Below, in pieces: positions 41,548 to 52,276 of a stretch of 64,000 bases of DNA. The translations under genes and the position numbers were made by a program. Below the pieces are notes generated by a model. It worked only from the letters and a program-made list of their open reading frames with translations. It did not search any database and was not told where the DNA came from. Positions within the stretch are counted from its first letter, which is position 1; every line of letters begins with the position of its first letter. This stretch comes from an uncultured Bifidobacterium sp. (GTDB lineage Bacteria; Bacteroidota; Bacteroidia; UKL13-3): NCBI GenBank assembly GCA_964442045.1, contig CAYTWI010000002.1, positions 26,509 to 90,508 on the forward strand, read 5' to 3'.

Positions 41548-42181
41548 TTACGGTTTTTCCACCTTTAACTACCTGGTTTAAAGTAACGTTTATTTTAGCA
41601 TCTATGGGTAAAAACAAATCAACCCTTGAGCCAAATTTAATAAAACCCATTTCTGCACCTTGCTCTGCTTGTTGGCCTTCTTTTACATACCAAACTATAC
41701 GTTTTGCTAAAGCTCCGGCAATTTGACGGAACAATACAGAAACACCATTGGTTTTTTCAATAACCGTAGTAGTACGCTCGTTTTCGGTTGACGATTTTGG
41801 GTGCCAGGCAACTAAATACAAACCAGGGTGATATTTAAAATATTTTACAATTCCGCCAATTGGATTGCGGTTTACATGCACGTTAAAAGGACTCATAAAT
41901 ACAGAAACCTGTAATCTTTTTTCATTGTAATATTCGGTTTCCATTACCTCTTCTATTACAACTACTTTACCATCGGCAGGGCAAATTACATGGTTTTCGT
42001 TTTGACTTACTTTAACACTTGGATTTCTGAAAAACTGAAGTATAATAATTAAAAATACTACCGACAAGAATAAAATACTGTTAATTAACCAGTTAATTCC
42101 AGTAAAACCGATAGCAAAATTAAGTGCAAATAACCCAATTAAAGTGATAAGTATAGTTGCTTTTCCTTCTTTATGTAGCAT
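41531..42181 (-). CDS. psd: Phosphatidylserine decarboxylase
   Basis: FFRNP, PADGKV, SVFMSPFNVHVNR, GFIKFGSRVD cleavage motif; start placed at ATG 42181. Confidence 0.93.
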   Translation of the reverse strand: MLHKEGKATILITLIGLFALNFAIGFTGINWLINSILFLSVVFLIIILQFFRNPSVKVSQNENHVICPADGKVVVIEEVMETEYYNEKRLQVSVFMSPFNVHVNRNPIGGIVKYFKYHPGLYLVAWHPKSSTENERTTTVIEKTNGVSVLFRQIAGALAKRIVWYVKEGQQAEQGAEMGFIKFGSRVDLFLPIDAKINVTLNQVVKGGKTVIAEIK

Positions 42182-42328
42182 ATAATATTTTCTTAAAGGG
42201 CGCAAATATAATCAAAGCTTATTTAAACGGGTATAATTTTAGGTTCTTTATTTTTAACTACGCTTTATTGAGAGCACTTTTCATGATAAAAAATAAACTC
42301 AAAACTCTTATTCTCTTTTTTTGTATTT

Positions 42329-42374
42329 CTATCTAGACTAAATATAAATAGTTTGGTTTTTTAGTTTAAATTTG
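42329..42374 (+). promoter_or_regulatory. suf promoter: Fur-like box (42329-42351) and Bacteroidota -7 element TAAATTTG (42367-42374)
   Basis: CTATCTAGA-CTAAA-TATAAATAG imperfect inverted repeat; TAnnTTTG 30 bp before the sufB ATG. Confidence 0.5.
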
Positions 42375-42403
42375 CAACCCTAAACTTAAATAAAAGTTAG
42401 AAA

Positions 42404-43855
42404 ATGTCAGATACACAGGAAGTTGATATAATTGACCAGGTAGTTAGCCAAGAATATAAATATGGATTTACTACGGATATAGAAATGGATTCTGCCCCAA
42501 TGGGCTTAAGTGAAGACATTGTCCGTTTTATTTCTGCTAAAAAAAACGAACCGGAATGGATGTTGGAATGGCGATTAAAAGCTTACCGTTACTGGCTGAC
42601 ATTGGAAGAGCCTAATTGGCAAAACTTTAAATTAAAACCGATTAACTACCAAGACATTATATACTACGCTGCTCCTAAGGAAAAAATAAAATTAGATAGT
42701 TTAGATCAGGTTGACCCGGAATTATTAAAAACTTTTGAAAAATTAGGTATCAGCTTAACTGAACAAAAGCGTTTAACGGGTGTAGCGGTAGATGCAGTTT
42801 TTGATTCAGTTTCCATTGCCACTACTTTTAAAGAACAGTTAGCTGAAAAAGGAGTTATTTTTTGTGCCATTAGCGAAGCTTTACACGAGCACCCTGAATT
42901 GGTAAAAAAATACATTGGTTCAGTTGTTCCATACACTGATAATTATTTTTCAGCTTTAAATGCTGCCGTATTCAGCGATGGAAGTTTTGTATATATTCCA
43001 AAAGGCGTTCGTTGCCCAATGGAGCTTTCTACTTATTTCCGTATCAATGCGGAGAATACAGGCCAGTTTGAGCGTACCCTTATTATAGCTGACGATAACA
43101 GCTATGTAAGTTACCTGGAAGGTTGTACGGCTCCTATGCGCGATGAAAACCAATTACACGCTGCTGTAGTGGAACTGATTGCGATGGAAAAAGCAGAAAT
43201 AAAATACTCAACCGTTCAAAACTGGTATCCTGGAGATAAAGAAGGAAAAGGTGGTATTTACAATTTTGTAACCAAACGCGGTAGCTGCGAAGGTGCTTAT
43301 TCAAAAATTAGCTGGACTCAGGTAGAAACAGGAAGCGCAATTACCTGGAAATACCCGAGCTGTATTTTAAAAGGCGATTACTCAAACGGAGAATTTTTCT
43401 CGGTAGCTGTAACCAATAACATGCAACAAGCCGATACCGGAACTAAAATGATCCATATTGGTAAAAACACTAAAAGCAGAATTGTATCGAAAGGGATTTC
43501 AGCAGGTAAATCGCATAACACTTACAGAGGCTTGGTTAAAGTTAACAAAAAGGCAGAAAACGCACGTAACCATACACAATGCGACAGTATGCTGATAGGT
43601 AACCGAAGCGGTGCCCATACTTTTCCTTACCTGGAAATAAGCAATAATACAGCCACTGTTGAACATGAAGCAAGTACCAGTAAAATTGGCGAAGACCAAA
43701 TATTTTACTGTAACCAACGCGGTATAGGAACAGAAGAAGCAATAGGACTGATTGTAAACGGATTTTGTAAAGAGGTATTAAACCAATTACCAATGGAGTT
43801 TGCTGTTGAAGCCCAAAAGCTTTTAGCTGTAAGTTTGGAAGGTTCAGTTGGATAA
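42404..43855 (+). CDS. sufB: Fe-S cluster assembly protein SufB
   Basis: [50 protein letters not shown]. Confidence 0.98.
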   Translation: MSDTQEVDIIDQVVSQEYKYGFTTDIEMDSAPMGLSEDIVRFISAKKNEPEWMLEWRLKAYRYWLTLEEPNWQNFKLKPINYQDIIYYAAPKEKIKLDSLDQVDPELLKTFEKLGISLTEQKRLTGVAVDAVFDSVSIATTFKEQLAEKGVIFCAISEALHEHPELVKKYIGSVVPYTDNYFSALNAAVFSDGSFVYIPKGVRCPMELSTYFRINAENTGQFERTLIIADDNSYVSYLEGCTAPMRDENQLHAAVVELIAMEKAEIKYSTVQNWYPGDKEGKGGIYNFVTKRGSCEGAYSKISWTQVETGSAITWKYPSCILKGDYSNGEFFSVAVTNNMQQADTGTKMIHIGKNTKSRIVSKGISAGKSHNTYRGLVKVNKKAENARNHTQCDSMLIGNRSGAHTFPYLEISNNTATVEHEASTSKIGEDQIFYCNQRGIGTEEAIGLIVNGFCKEVLNQLPMEFAVEAQKLLAVSLEGSVG

Positions 43856-43862
43856 ATAGCCG

Positions 43863-43965
43863 CTGGCGGCTGGCTTCTAGCCTCTGGCAAAAAATAATTA
43901 ATAATAAAAAATATAAACGTTAACGGTGTTTGGCTAGAAGCCAGAGGCCAGTTGCCAAAAGCAAA
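43863..43965. repeat. Inverted 7-bp-period repeat arms between sufB and sufC
   Basis: Left CTGGCGG-CTGGCTT-CTAGCCT-CTGGCAA; right TGGCTAG-AAGCCAG-AGGCCAG-TTGCCAA; CTGGCTTCTAGCC is the exact reverse complement of GGCTAGAAGCCAG. Confidence 0.65.
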
Positions 43966-43967
43966 AT

Positions 43968-44729
43968 ATGTTATCAATAAAAAATCTAAAAGCAGAAATA
44001 GAAGGAAAGAAAATTCTTAATGGATTAAGCCTTGAAGTAAAAGCAGGTGAAGTACATGCTATAATGGGACCAAATGGTGCAGGAAAAAGTACTTTATCGG
44101 CTGTATTAGCCGGTAGAGCTGATTACCAGGTAACCGAAGGTACTGTTGACTTTGATGGTAAAGATTTATTAGAAATGAGCCCTGAAGACAGAGCGCGTGA
44201 AGGTGTATTTTTAGCTTTTCAATATCCGATAGAAATTCCTGGTGTAAGTAATACCAATTTTTTAAAAACCGCCATTAACGAAAAACGTAAATACCAAGGT
44301 TTAGAGCCAATGGAAGCTACTGATTTTTTGAAAATGATGCGCGAAAAAATGGAATTGGTAGAAATGGACAAATCATTAACAAGCCGTTCGTTAAATGAAG
44401 GATTTAGTGGTGGAGAGAAAAAACGTAACGAGATTTTCCAAATGGCCATGTTAGAGCCTAAATTAGGTATTTTAGATGAAACAGATTCAGGTTTGGATAT
44501 TGATGCCTTACGTTTAGTTTCGGAAGGTGTAAATAAATTACGTAACAAAGAGCGTGCTTTTATAGTTATTACCCACTACCAACGTTTGTTGGATTATATA
44601 GTGCCTGATTTTGTACATGTATTATACAAAGGCAGAATTGTAAAAAGCGGTGATGCCAGCCTGGCTAAGGAATTAGAAGAAAAAGGCTACGATTGGATTA
44701 AACAGGAAGTAGAAGCCAGCGCAAAGTAA
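43968..44729 (+). CDS. sufC: Fe-S cluster assembly ATPase SufC
   Basis: [36 protein letters not shown]. Confidence 0.98.
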   Translation: MLSIKNLKAEIEGKKILNGLSLEVKAGEVHAIMGPNGAGKSTLSAVLAGRADYQVTEGTVDFDGKDLLEMSPEDRAREGVFLAFQYPIEIPGVSNTNFLKTAINEKRKYQGLEPMEATDFLKMMREKMELVEMDKSLTSRSLNEGFSGGEKKRNEIFQMAMLEPKLGILDETDSGLDIDALRLVSEGVNKLRNKERAFIVITHYQRLLDYIVPDFVHVLYKGRIVKSGDASLAKELEEKGYDWIKQEVEASAK

Positions 44730-44799
44730 ATTCAAAATACAAAGAATTTACATAAACAATTTCCGGGTATTCATATTCGGATTTAGAATTTAGAACTAT

Positions 44800-46086
44800 A
44801 TGTTATTAGAGAATATAAAAGCAGCGTTTAACCAATATAAAAATCAGGCTGAAAAAAGTGATTTCTTTTTCAAACGTGAGCAGGCTTTTGCTGAATTTGA
44901 AAAAACGGGATTTCCTACTACTAAGAACGAGGAATGGAAATACACCAATTTGAAATCATTAACCAATAAATCATTTCAATCAACAGGTTTAAGCAATAGT
45001 GGAGCTGAAACTTTATTGGCAAAATCGTTTTTAAAGGATTTAACTGCGAACCGCTTGGTATTTGTAAACGGCCATTTCAGTAGTAGCTTATCAAATATTA
45101 TTGAAACAGATTCAAGCATTATAATCTCTACTTTATCGCAAGCCAGAATAAATAACAGTGATTTATTCAATGCGCATTTTAACAAATATGTTCCTTTAGA
45201 AGGACAAGGTTTAAATGCCATGAACACTGCTTTGTTTAGCGATGGCGCATTTATTTATGTACCTGATAACAAAAGAGTAGCCAACCCTGTTTTTATTATA
45301 AACATCACTGATTCAAGCAGTATCAATGTGTTATGCCAGCCACGAAATTTAATTGTAGTTGAAAAAAATGCATTTGCCACTGTCATTGAAAGCAGTTATT
45401 CTATTGGCACAAATCCATCGTTTACCAATGTAGTTAATGAAATGTATGTGAACGAAAATTCACATATTGAATACTATAAAATCCAACACCAGGAAGGCGA
45501 AAGTTACCAGAATAACTATACACAGATTTTTCAGGAAGCCAATACCAATATAAACCATGTAACGCTTACCTTAAGCGGAACCTTTGTAAGAAACAACTTG
45601 CATTTCTTTATGAATGGTCAAAACTGTAACAGTTTATTATACGGATTATACATGCCGCATGGAACTGAGTTTGTTGACAACCATACACGTGTAGACCATG
45701 CTTTTCCTAATTGCCATAGCGATGAGTTATATAAAGGCATTATGATGGATAAATCGGTTGCGGTATTTAACGGTAAAATTATGGTGCACTTAGATGCTCA
45801 AAAAACCAATGCTTACCAACGTAACCAAAACATATTGTTAAGCAACGATGCTACAGTAAACACCAAACCGCAATTGGAAATTTTTGCTGACGATGTAAAA
45901 TGTACGCATGGTGCTACCATTGGCCAGTTAGATGAAGAGCCTATGTTCTATTTACGCAGTCGTGGAATACCGGAAGACGCAGCCCGAAAAATGTTATTGA
46001 ATGCTTTTGCTGACGATATAGCTGAAAGAATAAAAATACCAGAGTTGGTTGTTTTATTGGAACAGGAGATTGAGAAAAAACTATAG
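44800..46086 (+). CDS. sufD: Fe-S cluster assembly protein SufD
   Basis: EEWKYTNL, KTNAYQ..QNILLS, KPQLEIFADDVKCTHGATIGQLDEE..FYLRSRGI. Confidence 0.96.
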   Translation: MLLENIKAAFNQYKNQAEKSDFFFKREQAFAEFEKTGFPTTKNEEWKYTNLKSLTNKSFQSTGLSNSGAETLLAKSFLKDLTANRLVFVNGHFSSSLSNIIETDSSIIISTLSQARINNSDLFNAHFNKYVPLEGQGLNAMNTALFSDGAFIYVPDNKRVANPVFIINITDSSSINVLCQPRNLIVVEKNAFATVIESSYSIGTNPSFTNVVNEMYVNENSHIEYYKIQHQEGESYQNNYTQIFQEANTNINHVTLTLSGTFVRNNLHFFMNGQNCNSLLYGLYMPHGTEFVDNHTRVDHAFPNCHSDELYKGIMMDKSVAVFNGKIMVHLDAQKTNAYQRNQNILLSNDATVNTKPQLEIFADDVKCTHGATIGQLDEEPMFYLRSRGIPEDAARKMLLNAFADDIAERIKIPELVVLLEQEIEKKL

Positions 46087-46108
46087 TAACGTATATACGT
46101 TTCATTTA

Positions 46109-46136
46109 TAAAGACGTTGCCATGCAACGTCTCTAC
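46109..46136. repeat. REP-like palindrome, copy 2
   Basis: TAAAGACGTTGCCATGCAACGTCTCTAC; differs from 2823-2849 by one inserted C. Confidence 0.7.
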
Positions 46137-46149
46137 ATACAGATAAAAT

Positions 46150-47427
46150 ATGTCAAAACTAGATATTACAGCCATCAGGAGTAAGTTTCCGATACTTGAT
46201 CAAAAAGTAAATGGCAAACCCTTGGTTTATTTTGACAATGCTGCCACTACACAGAAACCTCAAGCGGTTATTGATGCTTTGGTTAAATACTACAAAACTG
46301 ATAATGCAAATATTCACAGAGCAGCACATACGTTAGCGGCACGCTCTACCGATATGTTTGAAGATACCCGTAAAACCATACAGGCTTTTATTAATGCTAA
46401 GGAAGTAGAAGAATGTATTTTTACTAAAGGAGTTACTGAAAGTATAAATTTAGTTGCTCAAACTTGGGGACGTAAATTCTTAAATGCGGGCGATGAAGTA
46501 ATTATTACCAGCATGGAACACCATAGTAATATAGTTCCGTGGCAATTAATCTGCGAAGAAAAAGGAGCTGTTTTAAAGGTAATTCCAATAAATGAAAAAG
46601 GCGAACTGTTAATGGATGCGTACGAAAAAATGCTTTCGTCAAAAACCAAAATGGTAGCCTGTGTTTGGGTAAGTAATGCATTGGGCACTATTAACCCTGT
46701 TAAAGAAATTATAGCCAAAGCACATGCCGTTGGTGCCAAAGTATTGTTAGATGGCGCACAAGCCTGCTCTCATTTAACAGTTGATGTACAAGATTTAGAT
46801 TGCGATTTTTTAGCCGTTTCATCACATAAACTATATGGCCCTACTGGTGTAGGTGTTTTATATGGTAAACGTGCTTTGTTAGATGCCATGCCACCTTACC
46901 AGGGTGGTGGTGAAATGATAAAAGAAGTAAGTTTTGAAAAAACTACTTACAATGAAATTCCTTACAAATTTGAAGCAGGAACACCCAATATTGGTGATGT
47001 AATTGCTTTTAAATATGCATTGGACTTTGTTAACGAAACCGGTAAAGAAAACATAGCTGCCCATGAAAATGCATTGCTAAAACATTGCGTGGAGGGTTTA
47101 TTAGCTATCAATAATTCGTTCACGGGCACTTCGACTTCGCTCAGTGACCGTGAAGTCGGAGCAAAACCGATAACCTTAATAGGAACTGCAAAAGAAAAAG
47201 TATCTGTTCAATCGTTTGTTATTAACGGCATGCACCATTTTGATGCGGGTATGCTGTTAGATTCAAAAGGAATAGCGGTAAGAACAGGACACCATTGTAC
47301 ACAGCCTTTAATGAATTGTTTGGGAGTAGACGGAACTATACGTGCTTCATTTTCGGTATACAATACTTTGGAAGAAGTAGATGTATTTTTAGCAGCGGTT
47401 AAAAACTTAATACAATTAGCCAATTGA
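46150..47427 (+). CDS. sufS: Cysteine desulfurase SufS (with ~18-aa insertion)
   Basis: YFDNAATTQKP, MEHHSNIVPWQ, SSHKLYGP, GTPN, VRTGHHCTQPL. Confidence 0.97.
   Translation: MSKLDITAIRSKFPILDQKVNGKPLVYFDNAATTQKPQAVIDALVKYYKTDNANIHRAAHTLAARSTDMFEDTRKTIQAFINAKEVEECIFTKGVTESINLVAQTWGRKFLNAGDEVIITSMEHHSNIVPWQLICEEKGAVLKVIPINEKGELLMDAYEKMLSSKTKMVACVWVSNALGTINPVKEIIAKAHAVGAKVLLDGAQACSHLTVDVQDLDCDFLAVSSHKLYGPTGVGVLYGKRALLDAMPPYQGGGEMIKEVSFEKTTYNEIPYKFEAGTPNIGDVIAFKYALDFVNETGKENIAAHENALLKHCVEGLLAINNSFTGTSTSLSDREVGAKPITLIGTAKEKVSVQSFVINGMHHFDAGMLLDSKGIAVRTGHHCTQPLMNCLGVDGTIRASFSVYNTLEEVDVFLAAVKNLIQLAN
47119..47160. repeat. Palindromic repeat-like element inside the sufS reading frame
   Basis: TTCACGG...CCGTGAA arms enclosing CACTTCGACTTCGCTCAGTGAC; encodes FTGTSTSLSDREVG. 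Confidence 0.6.
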
Positions 47428-47852
47428 AAAGTATTAACGATATACAAAACGAAATAATAGAAAACTTTGAGCTGTTTGATGGCGACATGGAAAGCACTTT
47501 GTTTTACTTAATGGATTTAGGTAAAAAGTTGCCTGTTATGCCAGATGAACATAAGACGGATGATTTTATAGTAAAAGGGTGCCAGAGTAAAGTATGGCTC
47601 TACCCTGCTTTTACGGATGGTAAAGTTGTTCTTGAGGCTGACAGCAATACAGAAATAACAAAAGGGCTGGTAAGTTTGTTAGTACAGGTATGGAGTAACC
47701 AAACGCCTGATGATATATTAAACAGCGAATTGTTTTTTATTGAAAAAATAGGCATGAGCCGTATGATTGGAAGCCAGCGAAGCAATGGTTTTGCCAGTAT
47801 GATTAAACAAATAAGAATGTACGCTTTGGCGTATAAGGCTTCCAACTCCTAG
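47424..47852 (+). CDS. sufE: SufE family Fe-S metabolism protein
   Basis: VKGCQSKVW, EADS..EITKGL, SQRSNGF; TTG start overlapping the sufS stop. Confidence 0.92.
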   Translation: MKSINDIQNEIIENFELFDGDMESTLFYLMDLGKKLPVMPDEHKTDDFIVKGCQSKVWLYPAFTDGKVVLEADSNTEITKGLVSLLVQVWSNQTPDDILNSELFFIEKIGMSRMIGSQRSNGFASMIKQIRMYALAYKASNS

Positions 47853-47921
47853 CCTATAGCTTTTAACAAAATAATAAAATAAAAGCCAATAGCCAAAGGC
47901 TGGAGGCCAGCAGTAATAAAA

Positions 47922-48263
47922 ATGGAAGAAACTAATAATATAAAGCCATTGAGAACATTTGTAGATGTACAAAATGAAGCGATTCAAGTTTTACAAACCG
48001 TATACGATCCTGAAATTCCGGTAAACATTTATGAGTTGGGATTGATTTATGAAGTAAATGTTTCCAATGACCTGAACATTGAAATTATTATGTCGCTTAC
48101 TTCACCTTTTTGCCCGGCAGCGCAAAGTATGCCTGCTGAAATAAAAGAGAAATTAGGTGCTATGGAGGGTGTAAAAGAGGTAACTGTTACGGTTACTTTT
48201 GAACCACCATGGAGCCAGGACTTAATGAGCGAGGCCGCCAAACTGCAATTAGGCTTTTTATAA
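47922..48263 (+). CDS. DUF59 / SufT-like Fe-S assembly protein
   Basis: VYDPEIPVNIYELGLIY, SLTSPFCPAA, TFEPPW...MSEAAKL. Confidence 0.93.
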   Translation: MEETNNIKPLRTFVDVQNEAIQVLQTVYDPEIPVNIYELGLIYEVNVSNDLNIEIIMSLTSPFCPAAQSMPAEIKEKLGAMEGVKEVTVTVTFEPPWSQDLMSEAAKLQLGFL

Positions 48264-48349
48264 AACTGACTTTTGTTCCACATAAAATCATGTTTATGCT
48301 TAATAAATAGTATATACTTTTGTAGCGTTCAAACAATTAGTATACAATT

Positions 48350-48565
48350 ATGGAAGCAGTAGTATTCTTAGTGTTTTTTGCCCCGGTAATGGGTTATTTA
48401 GCCATTACCAAAGGGTATAAATTCTGGCCCTGGTTTTTTATCGGCCTTTTTTTACCCATTATATCTTTGTTCATCTTATTCTTTTTAAAGGATAAACCTG
48501 TTGTAATAAACCCTGATGATATGATTGTTCATCAGCAAACAGACAAAGTATTATATAAAGCATAA
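48350..48565 (+). CDS. Small membrane hypothetical protein
   Basis: 71 aa, two hydrophobic segments (GYKFWPWFFIG). Confidence 0.6.
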   Translation: MEAVVFLVFFAPVMGYLAITKGYKFWPWFFIGLFLPIISLFILFFLKDKPVVINPDDMIVHQQTDKVLYKA

Positions 48566-48566
48566 C

Positions 48567-48600
48567 AAAAAAGCCTTTGGAAAAATCCAAAGGCTTTTTT
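48567..48600. terminator. Bidirectional terminator
   Basis: AAAAAAGCCTTTGGA-AAAA-TCCAAAGGCTTTTTT between convergent genes. Confidence 0.8.
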
Positions 48601-48607
48601 TATTTCC

Positions 48608-50821
48608 TTACTTCAAAAAGTCGTTGAAGTACTGGTTTATCTTTTTAAACAAATGAACCCTGTCCGGCCCTAACACATTATGTGCATGTGTAGGATACAC
48701 GGCATAATCTACCAATACACCATCATCTACACTTTTTTTCACGTAGTTTAAAGTATGGTTCCAAAGTACCACATCATCGTTGGTACCATGTATTAGCAAT
48801 AATCTTCCTTTCAAGTTTTTGGTATAGTTTAACAGGTTGTTTTCTTTGTAACCTTCCGGGTTTTCTTCGGGTGTATCCATATATCTTTCGGTATACATTA
48901 TTTCGTACATGCTCCAATCAATAACCGCTCCACCGGCCACGCCTACTTTAAACACATCAGGTGTTCTGGTCATTAAGCTGGTAGTCATAAAACCACCGAA
49001 ACTCCAGCCATAAACACCTAATTTGGTGCTATCAACAAAGGTTTGTTGTTTTAAAAAGTTAACACCTGCTAACTGGTCGGCTATTTCTATTTTACCTAAC
49101 TGGCGATGGGTAATATTTTCGAAATTTAAACCACGATTGAGTGAACCCCTGTTATCAACCGTAAATATAACATAGCCTTGCTGGGCAAAAGCAATCATCC
49201 ATAATTCGGCCTGACCTAACCAGCTATTGGTAACCATTTGGGCATGTGGCCCACCATAAACATATACTATACAAGGGTATTTTTTAGTGGCGTCAAAATT
49301 AGCCGGTTTAATTAAACGGTAATTTAAATCGGTAGTACCATCGGTTGATTTTATTTTACCTAAGCTGATTTCGGTAGTCTGGTAGTTGATGATTGGGTTA
49401 ATGGCATTTACTATAGAACCATATAACCTGCCTTTATTATCGCTTAGTATAATCTGACGTGGTGTGGTTAAATTGCTGAAATTATCTACTATATAAACGC
49501 CATCATCGCTTACCAGTGGAGTGTGAATACCTTCTATTTTGGTGTGCTGGGTTATTTTGCTTGTTTTTAACTCAACCGAGTACAGGTATTTATTCATACC
49601 ATCGGCTGAAAAAGCCATAAAATACAAGTTGTTACCTGTGGCATCAAAGCTTAATACCTCGCTTATGTGTTGTTTCAGATTGGTTAATTGTTTTAATAGC
49701 TTACCTCCTCTTTCGTATAAATACAGGTTATTAAAACCATCGCGCTCACTTTGCCATATAAATTGTTTTTCGTTGTTTTTAACAAATAATACGGGCTTTT
49801 CTGGTTCTACATATTTATCGTGTGTTTCAATAAACAGTGTTTTAATAAACTTACCTGTTAAGCCATCGTACATATTCATTTTCATTTCGTTTTGCGCACG
49901 GTTTACAACGGCTATGTACAGGTAATCTTCATTAGGACTCCAGGCTATATTGGTTAAATACTGCTCAGCAGGCTCTCCTGTTTCAACCATCAGGTTGCGC
50001 TTTTTGGTAAAATCATAAAAATATACTTTTACTTCATGGCTTTTGGCTCCGGCCATCGGGTATTTTATGTTTTCAATACCTGAGGGTTTGCTGTCAAATT
50101 TCATCAAACCATAATCGGTAACCATGGTTTCATTCATTCGGTAATACGCTAATTTATTACCTTTAGGACTCCAGAAAGTGCCCTTGGTAATACCAAACTC
50201 GCTTCTGTGCACTGTTTTACCTACTACTAAAGCATAACCTCCGTCATTGGTGTTTATGGCATCGGTTTGTACCACACCTTCTTTTTTACCGCGTTTCTGG
50301 TAATCCATTAACACATCTTTCGATGTTATATCGCTTACATATAAATTATTACCTACCGTATAAGCTATGCGGTTATTAATTTTTTCATAATCAAAGTTTT
50401 CTGCTGTACCGGGCATTTTAACTTTAAGCGTTGTTTTTTTGCTGTTTATATCATACACATACATGGTATTGTTGTAGTTGTATAAAATAGTATTGTTATC
50501 AGCCCAGCTAAAAAAAGGAAAACGCTCCATTTTCTTTTCCTCCGGCATAATGCTGTAAAACGAGTTGTAAAAATCTTCTATGGTTAAAACGGTATCGCGG
50601 GTTAAGCCGGGCGTGTTGATGTAAATTAAAACTTCTTTACCATTCTTTTTGCCTACATAACTTATTGTTTTACTATCGGGCTTCCACATCATCTGGCTTA
50701 AACGTTCAGGAGCTAAAGTTGTGCGGCCTTTTAAAATGGCATCATCAATGGATAATAGTTGATTTTGTCCGTAGGAAAAACCAACTATAGCCAACGACAG
50801 CAATAAAAATATTTTTTTCAT
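48608..50821 (-). CDS. Dipeptidyl-peptidase IV (S9B)
   Basis: HRSEFGITKG..WSP, VYGGPHAQ, GWSFGG nucleophile, HGTNDDVV, H in YPTHAH. Confidence 0.95.
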   Translation of the reverse strand: MKKIFLLLSLAIVGFSYGQNQLLSIDDAILKGRTTLAPERLSQMMWKPDSKTISYVGKKNGKEVLIYINTPGLTRDTVLTIEDFYNSFYSIMPEEKKMERFPFFSWADNNTILYNYNNTMYVYDINSKKTTLKVKMPGTAENFDYEKINNRIAYTVGNNLYVSDITSKDVLMDYQKRGKKEGVVQTDAINTNDGGYALVVGKTVHRSEFGITKGTFWSPKGNKLAYYRMNETMVTDYGLMKFDSKPSGIENIKYPMAGAKSHEVKVYFYDFTKKRNLMVETGEPAEQYLTNIAWSPNEDYLYIAVVNRAQNEMKMNMYDGLTGKFIKTLFIETHDKYVEPEKPVLFVKNNEKQFIWQSERDGFNNLYLYERGGKLLKQLTNLKQHISEVLSFDATGNNLYFMAFSADGMNKYLYSVELKTSKITQHTKIEGIHTPLVSDDGVYIVDNFSNLTTPRQIILSDNKGRLYGSIVNAINPIINYQTTEISLGKIKSTDGTTDLNYRLIKPANFDATKKYPCIVYVYGGPHAQMVTNSWLGQAELWMIAFAQQGYVIFTVDNRGSLNRGLNFENITHRQLGKIEIADQLAGVNFLKQQTFVDSTKLGVYGWSFGGFMTTSLMTRTPDVFKVGVAGGAVIDWSMYEIMYTERYMDTPEENPEGYKENNLLNYTKNLKGRLLLIHGTNDDVVLWNHTLNYVKKSVDDGVLVDYAVYPTHAHNVLGPDRVHLFKKINQYFNDFLK

Positions 50822-51041
50822 TTGTAATTATTTAGAGTTGCGATAATACCAATCTTAACCTAAATAGTAAAACCTTTTATCAATTTATGTAAAAGTGCCC
50901 ATAAACCTTTCAACAAATCCAACTGCCTGTTTTAATAAAGTAGTTTAAACACCTGTGTTAATTTGTTAGTTAAAATTTAATGCTAATTATAAAACATTAG
51001 GCTCAATCACTTACTTTGCGACTCTTATTATTAAAAAACAA

Positions 51042-51809
51042 ATGTCTGATAAGCCATTAATACTTATTACCAACGATGATGGTATAACTGCTCCGGGTAT
51101 AAAAGCTTTGGTTAATGCAGTAAAACACCTTGGCGAAATTATAATTGTAGCGCCCGATGCACCGCAAAGTGCCATGGGGCATGCAGTAACTATTAGCAAA
51201 CCTTTGCGTTTGGCCAAGACTGATTTGTATGGCGATATTGTTTCGTACCAATGCAGCGGTACGCCTGCTGATTGTGTAAAGCTGGCTGTTGATAAAGTAT
51301 TGCACCGCAAACCAGATTTGTTGCTTTCGGGTATTAACCACGGCAGTAACTCTTCTATTAATGTAATATACAGCGGTACCATGAGTGCTGCAGTAGAAGG
51401 AGCTATTGAAGGTATTCCTTCGGCAGGTATAAGCTTATGCGATTTTGCTTACGAGGCAGACTTTACACTGGCTGCTGAAATAGCTACACAGGTAGCTGAA
51501 AATATTTTAAAAAATGGTTTACCTGCGAGTGTTTTATTAAATGTAAACGTACCTAAAATTACCAGCAGCGAACTACAGGGTATAAAAATTTGCCGCCAGG
51601 CCAATGCCAAATGGGAAGAAGATTTTGATGAGCGTACAGACCCTAACGGACGCAAATACTACTGGCTTACGGGTAAATTTGTAAATAACGATAAAGGAGA
51701 AGATACGGATGAATGGGCACTGGCCAACAACTTTGTTTCCATAGTACCTGTTCAGTTTGATTTAACCGCCCACCATGCTATTGCTAACATTAACCAATGG
51801 ACTTTTTAA
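51042..51809 (+). CDS. surE: 5'/3'-nucleotidase SurE
   Basis: ILITNDDGITAPG, SGTPADCV, SGINHGSN, YSGTMSAA. Confidence 0.97.
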   Translation: MSDKPLILITNDDGITAPGIKALVNAVKHLGEIIIVAPDAPQSAMGHAVTISKPLRLAKTDLYGDIVSYQCSGTPADCVKLAVDKVLHRKPDLLLSGINHGSNSSINVIYSGTMSAAVEGAIEGIPSAGISLCDFAYEADFTLAAEIATQVAENILKNGLPASVLLNVNVPKITSSELQGIKICRQANAKWEEDFDERTDPNGRKYYWLTGKFVNNDKGEDTDEWALANNFVSIVPVQFDLTAHHAIANINQWTF

Positions 51810-51810
51810 C

Positions 51811-52116
51811 ATGCAAAAAATTAAATTCGATCATATATTAATTGGTGTTCTTATAGGTTTATTAGCCCCTTCGCTGGGTATTATTATATTTTACTTCAGT
51901 AAGTTTGAGGGCAGCAGCCTGGAGTTATTCATTACCACTTCGGTACAGGAAAAGCTCTTGTCGCCCCTATTGAGTTTATGTGCTGTTATTAACCTGGCGG
52001 TATTTTATTTAATTATACAGTTTGAAAAATACCAAACTGCAAAAGGCGTTATATTAGCCACTTTCCTATACGGATTAGCAATTGTTTTATTAAAATTTGG
52101 AATTGTAAGTTTGTAA
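51811..52116 (+). CDS. Membrane hypothetical protein
   Basis: Three hydrophobic segments; ATG at 51811 directly after the surE stop is preferred over 51775. Confidence 0.65.
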   Translation: MQKIKFDHILIGVLIGLLAPSLGIIIFYFSKFEGSSLELFITTSVQEKLLSPLLSLCAVINLAVFYLIIQFEKYQTAKGVILATFLYGLAIVLLKFGIVSL

Positions 52117-52126
52117 AATATATTTG
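52096..52126 (+). promoter_or_regulatory. Bacteroidota sigmaA-type promoter for tRNA-Ala
   Basis: -33 TTTG (52096-52099), 19-nt spacer, -7 TATATTTG (52119-52126). Confidence 0.65.
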
Positions 52127-52165
52127 CAGCCCGATTGACATAAAAATGATGGCAATTGGTACTTC

Positions 52166-52241
<76 letters not shown>

Positions 52242-52242
<1 letters not shown>

Positions 52243-52276
52243 ATAATGCCCCGGTTGTTTAGACCGGGGCATTATT
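52242..52276 (+). terminator. Hairpin after tRNA-Ala
   Basis: 14-bp arms AATAATGCCCCGGT / ACCGGGGCATTATT. Confidence 0.65.
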
